Assembly (NCBI RefSeq): GCF_026210795.1
Contig: NC_089433.1
Span: forward strand, 5,456,001-5,520,000
Direction of reading: 5' to 3'
Source: Rhizophagus irregularis
Taxonomy: Eukaryota
DNA length: 64,000 bases
Part shown: positions 23,280 to 35,752 of the stretch, piece by piece
Layout of the letters: each line of letters opens with the position of its first letter
Position numbering within the stretch: the stretch's first letter is position 1
The notes under the pieces: generated by a model
The model's input: the letters and a program-made list of their open reading frames with translations, nothing else
Told to the model about the DNA's origin: nothing
Databases searched by the model: none
Program-made: the position numbers and the translations under genes

Positions 23280-24190
23280 TATAATCAAAGATTGGTAATC
23301 ATTCGTTAGATGTATCTTCATCAAACCATGAATACAATTTTTCTTCTCGGATTTCTTTAGATTTTTCTAACCATTCTTTCATTAAATTTTGATCTCGACG
23401 AAAACAAATATATTTTGATGATTGTAATGATTTATATAAATCCGCACCATGAAGTCTTTAATAAGTCCTGATCGGAATATTAAAAGTCCGTGTTTACCAT
23501 CTTCTTTAGCTTTATTAAACGCATCACTATATATGTAAATATATATTATTTAAAGGTTAAATAAATATTTATGAATAATATAATAATATAACTCTTTAAT
23601 AAATACATATAATAATATTACATATTTATTATACATGTAATTCATAAAAAACTTATATATAAAAAAGCGTTAAACATACCATTTCAAACCAAAGTATTAA
23701 GGTAGTTACCGATGTTAAAAGAATAATCCATTCACTTTCAATTCCAGAAATTATTAATGTTTACTACATAGATCAAATGTGTGTAACATTGATAAAATAT
23801 TTTTCATCTGCAAAAACTGAACAATGAATAAATCAAATCCAAGGTAATAAAATATTACGATCATAACTACATTTGGTGTTTTGCTATAATTTTCATTATT
23901 TTTTAAAAAAATTCGAGAAAGATAAGAAAATAGAACTAAAAATATAAGATATTTAATTAAAAAAATCATCCAATTAGTTTTTGCTTGTTTCCATCTTGAA
24001 TTTATTACTGCTTCCATAGCCGGAATATAAAAAAATGGACTATCGTATTTTTCAATTTGAAGAAATGGACTAAATTGTTCATCTTAATAATTTTGCACAT
24101 TTTTCAAATTTTTCAATTTCTTCAGGATAATTCTTCCCATATCATTTTGCTTTTCTTCCATATTTACAGCAACACTCATATTTCTTTTTT
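23280..24190 (-). pseudogene. TRP-like ion channel gene remnant
   Basis: SPFFYIPAMEAVINSRW followed by hydrophobic segments, then SDAFNKAKEDGK further on; heavily deleted and frameshifted. Confidence 0.55.
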
Positions 24191-24632
24191 CTTATATAAA
24201 AATATGAAAAAGCGACAAATTCTAGTAGAAAAATTTTCTTTTTATAACAGATCACTTAAAAAATTATTGCAGTAAATAATGAATCAACTTTTTAGAGCAG
24301 CTATAATAATTTGAAATCACACCAAGCAAAATTACAAATGCAAAACCACCGTTACCTTCGTGCCGAATCTTTGGCAAAACAAGTTTGGGAGATGGTAAGA
24401 AATGACGATACTCCTGATGTTAAGAAGTTTTTAGATATTGTTCCTCATGGTAAAACATATTTAAGAGTAAAATGTTTTTTACGCTAACCATTTTTAAATT
24501 CATCAAAGAGTATAGCAGCGCTGTATTTACAAATATAGTAATTTTAAATAGTATAAGTCGACTAAGTTTAAATTTTAAATCTTTATTTTCAATTATGGTA
24601 AACGGTGCGCAATGAGTTCAATGTCTATAACA

Positions 24633-26560
24633 AATGAAAACGATTCTATAGTTATAGAATCACCGCCTCAACCTAATCCTGTAAAACATACAAAGGAAGA
24701 TGTCTCAAAACCAGGTCCGCGAAAAATAAATTTTAGAATTTTATTTAATTAAATCATTTGTTAACATTTTATTTATATTTCAGTCAGTGCCAAAATTTTA
24801 AATAATTGGCTTGATGGCGATTCTTTGAATTTTTATGTAAAAATTACTTGTTTATCTAGTGGTTTTGAATTTTGCAAAACTCATATCTGCAATGACATCA
24901 ACCCAGAATGGAATCAAGAATTTTATATTCCAATTTACGACATTGATAAAAAATTCAAGATTCGAGTTTATAATAATAATGCTTTCTTTAACCATGTAAG
25001 TTTATCCTTGATCCTAAAGACCTAATTAAAGGAAAGAAATTGGATCTTGAACGCGATTTAATAAAACCAAAAAATAGATTTTTACACATACCACCCAGAC
25101 CTAATAAAGGACAACTTCGTTTTGTTGCCAACTTCTATTCCTTTTCAAAATATCCAAAAACAACAAAATTTTTTAAAACTACTATTACTCTTTATAATTT
25201 ATATAATTTGATAAATTACCAATGTACAGATGGTAATTTCGAACTAACAGACAAATTAGCAAAATTATTTAATTTTGATTCCAAAAATGAATTGAAAAAA
25301 AGCATTCACTGCTACTATAAAGGATGATGAAAAAGTAAAATCTCTCCACAATGATATCTGGGGCACCGTATTAACTACAGGTAATTTTATTTCTTTCATT
25401 ATTATTAACTTGCGACATTTATAATTTTATTAAAATTACATAAAATATTTTACTCGCATATTAAATTGTCACATATTTCTTTACCTAAAGCACTCCTTAA
25501 AATTTTATATACGGATCACGTGATGTGGACGAATTCATTTAAGGAAGCTGAAGTTTACTTGAAGAAAATCGTTACAGATACAAAACAATTATATGGTTTG
25601 GCTGAAAATTTTGCAAATGATCATTTTAAAATCAATGAAGAGGAAGTATTAGAACTTTCTTGGGCCAGTTGGATTGGTGAAGCTGCTATAGATGTATCTC
25701 AATCAACAACAAAAACTAAAAGCAAATTCGAAGCTACTAAAGAATTTATTGAAAATATTCTTATAGAAACTACTAATAATCTTACTGGAAAACTCCTTGT
25801 GCTTATACCTTGACTAAAGTCCATTTTCAAAAATGCTACTGTTTCAGATCAAGAAGTCAAGATCACTTCCATTTATCAATGTGGTGAAGAAATTGAAATA
25901 ACTGTACCTGAAATTCAAAATAATGGAGAACAATCGAAGATGGTCAAAAATGAAGAGAAACCTACTATAATTGTTAGGAAACAGAAGAAAAAAGATCCTC
26001 AATGTGAAAAGGAAAGCCATGCCTATTGTCACCAAAACCAAGAAAGTGGAACTTACTGATATCATTTATAAAGTAGATTTTCCATCCACTACACCCACCA
26101 TACTACTATTATTGAAATCACTGTCACTTTACCAGTGAAAAGCACCAACACAGTCATTGTTAAATATACAACAAAAAAAGTAATCTTATCAAAAAAATTC
26201 AGAATCTGTAACTGAGGAAGAGTACATTAAGGTTATTAAAACTCAAACTGAAGATGGTTTATTTGATATTTTCAAACAAATCACTGATGATCTTGGCATA
26301 ACTACAAATGAAATATTTCATGAATAATTTGTATTGCTGATGAATATGTCAAAGAATTGAATACTAAAATATTGATCACATTCTTAACATTAGCTTATTG
26401 CAATAAAGTATTATATAAATATCAACAAAAATTTAACTCAAAATGAAAAAGCCTGTTCTTGGTTGCATATCCAAGTTAAAAATGAAAAAGAACTGTTAGA
26501 ATTTTGTGAAAAATTATTGTTGAGAGAGTTTTCAATATAAAGAAGAAAGAAAAATTTTCT
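24633..26560 (+). pseudogene. C2-domain protein pseudogene
   Basis: FYVKIT..KTHICNDINPEWNQEFYIPIYD..FKIRVYN (C2 domain) followed by Q-x-x-DG-x-F segments; many stops and frameshifts. Confidence 0.6.
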
Positions 26561-27370
26561 TGATTTGGCAATATTCCAAAATGATAATTAATAAAAATAA
26601 GAAATATAAGATTATAAAAATCATTATATATATTACTCGAACTTTGATTTTTCTTTAATAGTAAATGAAATGGTAATAAATTTATCAAAAAAAAAAGAAT
26701 GGTAATAAATTAGTACAAAAAGATTTAGTTTTAAAGTTTAATAATTTTAAAAAGTTAAATTGTAATACACATAATAAGATTCATATTATCCTATTGGTAA
26801 ATTTATTTTTAAAAAATGTATATACCTTATGATAGGACCCCGCTTACTTATAATAAAAGTCACTGTAATTCTAAGGTAAAACCATTAAGAAAAAAATTTT
26901 GATGACGATCCTACTATAAATAAATAAATTATATCTAAAAAAGGAAATATTACACTGCATTATTATAATTTTTTTCCTTTTAAATCAATTAACCAATAAT
27001 ATTAAGAATTGGAGTAAGGTAAAATTACTAGTAAATTTGAAATTTTTCCTGGAAACCTTTATTAGAAGTAAGCGGGATCCTCTTATGATTTTAAATTTAT
27101 TAATATTTTTATAATACAGTTTGAAGAATTAGTAGATTGTATGTAACATCATAATGTTTTTCAAGTTTTTGATAGTTGCTTATCAAATTTTTAATTTTAA
27201 GCTTATATACAGTCAACTCTCTTTATAGTCACACATTTGGGACAGTCCATATTTGGTGATTATAAAGAGATGTGACTATATAAAAAATTTCTTATATTTG
27301 TATATCATAATTCCGGCCAAAAATTAACATAATTTTAGCCAGAATTATACTTAAACCTTTATTGTATCGT

Positions 27371-27891
27371 AACTTCGCCAATATTAATCGTAGAGAGATG
27401 ATCTTACCGCCATTCGATTCGTCTTGATGAGACGGTTCTAATGGTATAAAATACGTCGAAATCCAATCACTAGATTAATTTCCGAAATTAAAAAAATATT
27501 AATGGTTTTTGTGTGATAACTCTGTTAATATTGATCCTAGAAAGTCGATCTTACTACCATTCGATTCGTCTTGATGAGACGAATCTAATGGTATAAAATA
27601 CATCGAAATCCAATCACTAGATCAATTTCCGAAATTAAAAAATATTAAATGGTTTTTAAGTAATAACTTCGTCAATATTGATCACAGAGAGATGAGCTTA
27701 CCACCATTCGATTCGTCTCGATGAGGCGATTCCAACGAGCTATAAATCATCTTTTTACAATCACTAGGTACCGAGAAATCTAGCAAAATGTTAAATGGCG
27801 CAGTAAACGTAAATCAAGAAATATTATAATGCCGATGTTTAACATTTTGTTGAATAACTCGTCAGCCAGTGATCGGAAAAGGATAAAACTA
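27371..27891 (+). repeat. Internal tandem repeat with 147-bp period and palindromic core; the 4th unit is split by the insertions and resumes at 37089
   Basis: Units start at 27371, 27518, 27665 and 27856. Each has CCATTCGATTCGTCT..; unit 2 forms the hairpin TACCATTCGATTCGTCT-TGATG-AGACGAATCTAATGGTA (27555-27593). Confidence 0.9.
27875..27891 (+). repeat. 17-bp target-site duplication GGAAAAGGATAAAACTA, copy 1 of 4
   Basis: Identical copies at 27875, 35736, 36068 and 37072; the base 3' of the copies varies (A, G, G, C) and copy 1 differs on its 5' side. Confidence 0.95.
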
Positions 27892-28030
27892 AAAAGAATA
27901 AAACAAAAACTCTCTCCCGTTCTGCTCACTTGACAATATTTACGAAAAAAATAAAAAATTTTTTCGGAGTTTTTTATTACTTTTTCTTTATAATTTCTTT
28001 ATTTTAGTTAACTACTACGACACTTTACAA

Positions 28031-30043
28031 ATGGGTAAAGATAACAAAAAGAAAAATAACCAGTCTAACAAAGATACTACATCTAAACGTCCTGCCTCTA
28101 GCTCTCCAACTGGCAACGTTTCTGGTCAAGGTTCCTCTATGTCTGGTCCTTCGAACACCCCACCTTTGACCACCTCTACTAATAAACGTACCAGAGTCAG
28201 TGCTGAAGACTCTGTCATGGATGTTGATAAACCTCTCACGCCTCCTGGCCCTGTTGAGACAACTTCCGCTGAGCTACCTTCTCAACCTGATACCTCCTCT
28301 CTTGATGCCTCTCAACACGCCCCTAGCGATAAAGGCAAAAGCCCAGATATTACTCCCGCAGTATCCTTCCCTGAACGTGCTGCCTCCCCGGACGCGTCCC
28401 AGGCTGCAGTACAGTCTCAACCTACACTTTTTTACGCCTCGGCTGCTCCTAATGACGTCGAAGGCTTTTGGACTCACTTCGCTTCGAACCGCGACGCGTG
28501 CGACGCGGTTGATAGGCAACTTTCCTTGTTTCCCTCTTATGGTAGTCGTGCCACGTGTAGTGGTTCCAACGATTTGAAGAGGATCATCGTCCACTTCCGA
28601 AAAAAGGATGATCTTGACAAAGCCACAGCTTCCGCTATGGATTCCTTGTTTGGCTTGCATTTCCATGCATATGACCCCCAGGCTATTAAGGCAGATGAAC
28701 ACGCGCGTACCCTGGTGGTTACCGATATCCCCCTTTTTATAACTGACGCTCTTTTGCGTGGTACTTTTTCTCGTTACGGCAATATTACTCGCTGCCATAC
28801 CCGTTTATCTAAACTTTATCGTACTGCATACATTACCTTTGAATCTACTGGTGCTTTACGGGACCTCGACTCTACCTGGGGCGTCCTTTGTGGAGGACAT
28901 TGTTTGCGTATCTGCCCCGCTACCTTCTCACCTGACCAACGTGCTGAAAGACGCGCTTATGTCGCTTTACTTGCCGGTCTTCCGCGTGGTACTATAGCGG
29001 TCGATCTTGCTGAAATTGCCGATGAAATTTCCGCTAAATCTGTCAATGTTCCCTTCTCTATGAATTCCTACAATCCGAAACCTTACGCTTATTGCCATTT
29101 TGCCTCTGAAACGGCTATGGAAAACGCTAAATCTATTTCATGTGCCCTTAAGAAAGTTGGCCTTACCTGGCATTCTCCGGATGAAGTTACTTCTCTTTGT
29201 CATCGATGTGGTCGCCCGAACTGTAACCCTGATCGATGTGGTTCTTCATCTAGACCCAACCGCCCTCCTCGCCCTTGGCAATCTAATGATAAATTACGTG
29301 CTTTATATAACAAGCATTTACCCCCTTCTCATCCTGCTAAACGACATAATCGTTTCGCTCGCCCTGATAACGCTGATGATGGACAAAGCCGTGCCAATGC
29401 TTCTCGCCATCGTTCAAAATCCAGACCCAATACCCGACAACAATCTCGTTCTCGTTCTCAACGTCGCCCATGGAATCGTGACAATCTCAATAACAATAAT
29501 AATGCTCAACGCCGTCGCATTCCTGATGCAAATGAACTTGATTACTATATTGATGGCATGGATGTTACATACCCTGCTCCTCCCACTGTGCTCACTGATT
29601 GGAAATCTATTGGTGCTGCTCTTGAAAAAGTAGTTGAAGAATTAGCCCTTCTTACCACACAATTTGCTTCTATGAACAGCCGCATCACTAATTTGGAATC
29701 TGCTATGGCTGCTCGTACTCCTATTCCTGGACCTTTTGTCGCTAAACCTTCTTCCTACATCCCTTCCTCTATGCAAGGATGGGATGATACAGTGAATCGA
29801 ACTGATAATAATATCCTCGTTGATATTAATTCTCCACCTTTGCAATCAACAAGTGGTTTTTCCCCGATTCCTCATTTTGCTCCCATCCCACCTTCCAATG
29901 TCGCTCCTTCCTCCCCTATTGATATGGAACAGCGTCTCTCCTCTCTTTCTGATACTGTTGCCTCTTTGGCTGGTTCTATTAAAGAAGGAATCCAACAAAA
30001 CAACCTCATCTTGGCTCGGCAACAAGGCCAAGCCAATCAATAA
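28031..30043 (+). CDS. LINE ORF1 (gag-like): RRM-like domains, Cys knuckle, Arg/Ser-rich region, coiled coil
   Basis: Intact 670 aa; RTLVVTDIP..FSRYGNI..TAYITF (RRM-like), KPYAYCHF, CHRCGRPNC, RSRSRSQRR, heptads LEKVVEELALLTTQFASMNSRITNLE. Confidence 0.88.
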   Translation: MGKDNKKKNNQSNKDTTSKRPASSSPTGNVSGQGSSMSGPSNTPPLTTSTNKRTRVSAEDSVMDVDKPLTPPGPVETTSAELPSQPDTSSLDASQHAPSDKGKSPDITPAVSFPERAASPDASQAAVQSQPTLFYASAAPNDVEGFWTHFASNRDACDAVDRQLSLFPSYGSRATCSGSNDLKRIIVHFRKKDDLDKATASAMDSLFGLHFHAYDPQAIKADEHARTLVVTDIPLFITDALLRGTFSRYGNITRCHTRLSKLYRTAYITFESTGALRDLDSTWGVLCGGHCLRICPATFSPDQRAERRAYVALLAGLPRGTIAVDLAEIADEISAKSVNVPFSMNSYNPKPYAYCHFASETAMENAKSISCALKKVGLTWHSPDEVTSLCHRCGRPNCNPDRCGSSSRPNRPPRPWQSNDKLRALYNKHLPPSHPAKRHNRFARPDNADDGQSRANASRHRSKSRPNTRQQSRSRSQRRPWNRDNLNNNNNAQRRRIPDANELDYYIDGMDVTYPAPPTVLTDWKSIGAALEKVVEELALLTTQFASMNSRITNLESAMAARTPIPGPFVAKPSSYIPSSMQGWDDTVNRTDNNILVDINSPPLQSTSGFSPIPHFAPIPPSNVAPSSPIDMEQRLSSLSDTVASLAGSIKEGIQQNNLILARQQGQANQ

Positions 30044-30092
30044 TTGTTCTCTTTTTCCCCCTTCTTTATTACCGATTTATCAGTGTGTAATA

Positions 30093-33000
30093 ATGATGGA
30101 CAACAATAAACATAATTTTTCCCCTCACCCCTCTCCCCTTATTAAATTTGGTCAATTAAATGTTAATGGTTTATGTTCCCCAGTTCGACAACAACATTTG
30201 CTTAATTTTTTTCTTCACTCCTCCTTTGGTGCTTTATCTATTAATGATACGCGTCTTTCCCCTTCAAATGCTAAATTTATTTTTAAAAATGAACACTCCC
30301 AACATCACTTTAAGTCCTATTGGGCTTGTTCATCTTCTTCTTCTCGCCCTCATGATGGTGTTGGTATTTTATTACGTAATCCCCTTCATAAACATGTTCA
30401 AACAATTGATCCTTGGAACGGTCGACTTCTTAAATTAGATTTGTTCTTTCATCAAACTAAAATTTCTATTATTTCTGTATATTATCCCCCTTCCGGCTCT
30501 GTTCATCAATCTATTTGCAATGATCTTATTGCCAAACTTCTTTCTTGGCTCGATTATGCCCGAGCTAATAATTATTTTGTAGTTATTCTTGGCGACTTCA
30601 ATGCTGATGTAATCGCTCATTCTAATTATTCACCTAATCATTTTAAGCTTCTTCGCTTGCTTTCCTCTCGGTTTTTTACCGATCATCAAGCTCACTCCTC
30701 TACAAATGGTCCTGATCCCACTTTCTTTCATGATAATGGATCTTCTCGACTGGATTATATTTGGTCTTCGCCTGGTTTTCCTGCCCCTGGTCTTTTTTCG
30801 CAAGTGGTTACTTGTCCGAATCTTTTTGATCGACCTTTCACCGACCACAAAGTTCTTACAACTGTTTTTGACTTTAATTCTTGTCTGGCCATTTTGGCTA
30901 AATCTCGTCTTAAACAAAAAAAAGAAATGCGTACTATTTTTTCTTATGCTTCCACTTCAGTTGAACAATGGAATAATTTTACCGTTGAAGTAGATGATTC
31001 TCTTGGAGTTTATTTAGATAGCCATTATCGCCCTAATTCTGATTTCTCTTCCCTTTCTCTTGATCGTATGTGGCATGCATTGAAAGCTGCCATAATTAGT
31101 GCTGCAATTGAAACATTACCCTTTCAAAAAGTCTCTAATACACACCGACATTCGTACTCTCCTGAATTAACTAAACTTATTGCTATTAACAAGTTTTTAG
31201 ATCGATTTTTATATCGCCTTACTACTCGTCGCTCTAATCGGCCCGCTCAGATTGCGCAAATGACTGCTGCCTTGCCTTCCCATCTTGAGAACCTAGCTTC
31301 CTTACTTCCTGATTATTCAGTTCCTACCTATTCCACCACCCCTGCATCTGTATTTAAATCGTTTTTACGATCACAGAAAAGTTTAGTTTCTGCCTTTTTG
31401 TCTACTAAATTCGCCCAACACCTTACGGACTCAGTGGAATACTATACTGCACTACGTGACGAACATTTTTCGACTTCACTTGGCTCATTTATAGATTCTG
31501 CCTTATCAGTAGAAAAACGTTCGATTATTCTTGACCGTATCCTGGTTGTTCTGGACTCAACTCCTACTTTATTAACGGATCCTTCGGATATTAAACAAGC
31601 CGCTATTTCTCATTTTCAATCGATTGTTTCTCCCCCGTTGGTCCACTATTCTTCCATCACTTCATTTCCCGCCCGATGGCAACAAGCTTACACTCCTCTT
31701 GCAAATGTGTCTGCTTCATTATATGATCCTGTTTTGGCGCCTATTTCTCTACAAGAATGGTCTGCTGTGATTTCCTCCATGCCAAATAACAAAGCTTCCG
31801 GCCCTTCAAAAATTTCTTATGAGATGATTAAACATCTGTCCGGTGAAGCCTTGGATTTTTCTCTCTTACTTGCCAATACCTGCCTTTCTCGCGGTGATAT
31901 TTCTGCTGACTGGCGTGAAGCTGTGGTTTATCCTATTCCTAAACCTCACGATTTTGATGCTCAACTGAAGAACACTCGACCTATTACCCTTTTGGAAACA
32001 ATTCGTAAATGTGTAGTTAAGGTCGTTACGAATCGTCTTTCTAATATCCTTGCTGATGGTAAAATTCTTCAAGGAGGTAACTTTGCTGGTTTACCTGGTG
32101 GTTCCACTGATGTCCCTATCAAAATGCTCGACGCGATTATTCATCAACAGAAGCATGACTCTACTGATGATCAAGAACTATGGATCGTTTCTCAGGATAT
32201 TTCTAAAGCTTTTGATTCTATGGATCTAAATATGCTTAAATTAGCTTTAGAAAGATTACATATTCCTGCACTTTTAGTGCGATTTATTTTAAATCTTTTT
32301 ACACGACGAAATAATAAGATAATTACTTGTCATGGCGATACAGCTGCTTACAGAGTACGTGTTGGTATCGATCAAGGAGAAATCATTTCCCCTCTTCTTT
32401 GGGTTATTTATTTGGATCCTTTACTTACTGTTTTGAATCAACAAGCACGAGATCCCTTTATTTTAAAATCTTCAGCCCTTTTAAATTATTCTCCACTTGA
32501 ATTTGAACAACATTCTTTACCGGTTTCACATTTAACGTTTATGGATGATTCTACACTCATTGCTTCTTCAAAATCTGGCATAGAAGACCGTCTTTCTATT
32601 ACTGCTGAATTTTATACTTTAAATAATGTTCAAGCTAATTCTGCGAAATATGTTCTCCTTTCATCCTCTTCCCCCTCCTCGAAGATTATTTTTGATCTTT
32701 CCCCTTCTCCTTTAGTTCCCATTCCTTCCCTTTCCCTTTCTTCTTTATCTGTTAAAACTTCGTTTCGTTTTTTAGGAGTATGGTTTTCTTTATCTGCCTC
32801 TTCTGCTTTTGTTCTCAGACAAGTGCGCTCCATGGTTAAAGATATGGCAGCTCTCCTGGGACCGAAGAAATTATTAGCACAGCATGTGGCCTATCTTTAT
32901 AATGCTGTCCTTCTTCCGCGATTGGAATTTCGCCTTCAAACTACCCTTTTTTCTGAAAGTACTATTCAAACAATTGTCAAGCCTATGTTTTCGGTACTTC

Positions 33001-35481
33001 GAAGAAAAGCTGGTCTTGCTGCGACTACCCCGTTACCTTTATTATTCCTTAAACTTCCCTTTTCTATTCAAAATGCTTTTTATCGCTTTCTTTCTTCCCA
33101 TATTGCATCTTGGCAAAAAATCTTCACTCACCCTGATTTCAAAAATTTTGCCCTTTATGCTATCTCCTATCTTCAAGGATATTTGGGTGCTGAGAGTTGC
33201 CCGACTACTATCAACTTAGAACCATGGTCACAAATCGTTTCTTTGCGAACGCACACTTTGTTTAATTCGTTATTGTTTTCTTCGCGTTTGAACATCACGT
33301 GGTCTCTTTCCTTCCGGCCTCCGAGGCATGATCTACAACCTGCTCTGCCACTCCGATCTATTCTACCTCATTCCATCTTTCAATCAAGTTGGAAACTTTG
33401 GAAAAACCTGAATATATTTGTGCTTGCTCAGTTGGTTTCTCCTTGTAGACGTTATCTTATGAATTGGCCTGACCTTCGTTATCTTGGCATCGTTGGTCGT
33501 AAAGGACAGATTCCTAATTGGTTTACTTTTATCAATAATAATTTTCTTTCTTCTTCTTCTTCTACTTTACTTTTATCTTCATATTTTATTAATTCTTCTT
33601 TTACTTTAGCTTTTCCTTGTTTATTAGATCATACTGTTAAAGATTATTCTTTTTATCCTCAATGGGCTATTAATCTTGACTCTGCTACCCAAACTTTATC
33701 TGTTGGTCGTGTGTGTATCACCTACAAGAAACAAAACTCGGCTATTATGTCGCATTGGCTTCCTGTATCTCCCTCGGCTGATGAACGATCCTATAACCCT
33801 TGTCCTGGTTGTGCTCTTAACATTCCTGCCTTATCCAAGAAATCTGCTATCAAACAACGTTGTAATAGTGAGAAGTGTTTTTTCAATATCACCCTGTCGG
33901 AAACTGTGGGTTACCCTACTAGAAACGCCAAAGTTTTTGCGGCCTACCTCCCCATCACTCTTTCTACTTCATGGAGTTATGCCACGTCCTTGGCCCTTGT
34001 TCATTTGATGAACCCGCCCTCAACCGCTTCTTTCACCCTTTCTCCTTCTGTTAAGGACAATTTAGATGATGATGTTTTGCCGTCTTCTGTGCAATCTTTG
34101 TATACCGATGGCTCTTTCCGTCCTGCCAATGATTCTTTATCCTCTTCCATGGCTTCTGCTTGGATTGCGCTCGATGATGATGGATTTATCCTTGAATCTT
34201 CATCCATGCATCTTCCCTCTTGTTTTCCTTCGGCTCTACGTTCTGAAATTTATGCTGTTTTATTAGGATTGACCGCCCTCTCCCGTGATTCTTCAATTTC
34301 TATCTATACTGATTGTAGTCAGTTAATTTCATTATGGACACGTTTTGTTGATGTTCCTTTCTCACCGAAGTTGCTTCGAGAACCTAATCATCTTCTTTGG
34401 CTTTCTATTCGACAACTTATTATGGATCGTAACCTCCATGTCGATTTGATTAAAGTCCCTGCTCATGGCGATGACATTTATAATGTACAAGCGGATTCTT
34501 TGGCAAAAGATGCTCATTCATCTATACAACCTTCTGTTTCGCCTTTGGCATTTTGTCATGCTCCATGCTTGTTAACTTTTAATTCTTTACCTGTTGACAT
34601 GAATATTCGTCACTTTCTTCGCTCTATAGCAGACGCTCGTGCTCTTTTATCTTTTTGTTCATTGGCACGTTTTACTGCTCTTGGTTCTCCTTCACTTTTT
34701 GATTGGGCTGGTATATATTTTTGCCTTTCACAAATCAAAGGTTTTGCTTCACATAAGAATGGTCGTCCGGAATTCTGGATCTTCCGTATCAAACTCCTTT
34801 TGGATATGTTGCCTACCTTAACTACTCTTCAACAACGCAAACCTTACTTATACTCTCCTGACTGGCTTTGTCCGCAGTGTAACTCTGCTCCAGAAGATTT
34901 GAATCATCTTTGGACTTGTCCTTATATTTTACCAGAATTAAACCCTTGTTTAACACACCGGTCTGAAGTCATTAAATTTAGAAATTCTTGTTTATCTTCC
35001 TTTCTATCCTTGAAATCTTTGGATATTTCCTTTCAAACTGAATTTTTTGCTTTGGAATGTTGGAACTATGAAGCTCCTTCTTTATCCTGTCTTTGGCTTA
35101 CTCGAGGATTGTTGCCTGCACATTTAACGACATTTTTGAATCAACACTTCTCTCTCTGTTATATACAAGACTATTTCTCCCCTTCTTAATGACTTCCAAG
35201 TCGAATTATATGGTGAAATTTGGCTATGCCGGAATGTTCTTTTTCATGCTTGGGAAGAGTCGCAGGGTATCTCGGCTGCTTCCAAATTACGTGGCCCTTC
35301 TACAAATTCTTCTTCTTATACTATCTCTCCTCATCGTCACGACTCCTCTTTGGCGACAGTTTCTCAGGATTCCTGGATTTCTTGGATATCCTCTTCTATA
35401 ATTCGGGGTGGATCATGGATCTCGCACCTGGATTTTCTGCGCCGCTTAACAGTTCAACCTCTTAGGATCTCTTTCTGGTAA
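30093..35481 (+). CDS. LINE ORF2: APE endonuclease, reverse transcriptase, RNase H, CCHC finger; one frameshift near 35155
   Basis: APE: NVNGL, GVGILL, GDFN, SRLDYIW, TDH. RT: RPITLL, QDISKAFDS, GIDQGEIISPLLW, FMDD, FLGVWF. RNase H: YTDGS, RSEIYA, YTDCS, VPAH, NVQADSLAK. CCHC: CPQCNSAPEDLNHLWTC. After the TC run at ~35149-35157 another frame continues VIYKTISP..EIWLCRN..RISFW* to 35481. Confidence 0.95.
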
Positions 35482-35735
35482 CGGACTGGATTTTTGGATG
35501 TTGGATAGTTGACTCACACTGGCCTTCGGGTAAAGTTGGGGTATGCGATTCTGTAATAGTTTAGTTTTTCTTTGCTTTAATTTATTTTAGTTTAGATTTC
35601 TTTACTTGTATGAGTCGTGAAGCTACTCTTTTTTATTTTTTATTAGTTTATTTTCTTATTTTTGTAATATTGTTCGATGTTATTTTCGAAGTTCTAAATA
35701 TAAATAAAAGATAAAGTCGTAAGACTGTTTGCACA

Positions 35736-35752
35736 GGAAAAGGATAAAACTA
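35736..35752 (+). repeat. 17-bp target-site duplication, copy 2
   Basis: GGAAAAGGATAAAACTA directly after the LINE 3' end. Confidence 0.95.

Larger units (their letters stand above)
27892..35735 (+). mobile_element. Full-length non-LTR retrotransposon (LINE) with ORF1 and APE-RT-RNase H-CCHC ORF2
   Basis: Bounded by the 17-bp duplication; 139-nt 5' UTR, two long ORFs, ~250-nt 3' UTR with AATAAA (35703) ending GTTTGCACA; no LTRs, no poly(A); sense strand strongly C/T-rich. Confidence 0.95.

Noticed and set aside
27418..27480. Hammerhead-like string TTGATGA-GACG...CGTC-GAAA in repeat unit 1
   Set aside because: Core is UUGAUGA rather than CUGAUGA, no stem I can be formed, stem II is broken in unit 2 and absent in units 3-4; the DNA palindrome explains the pattern.
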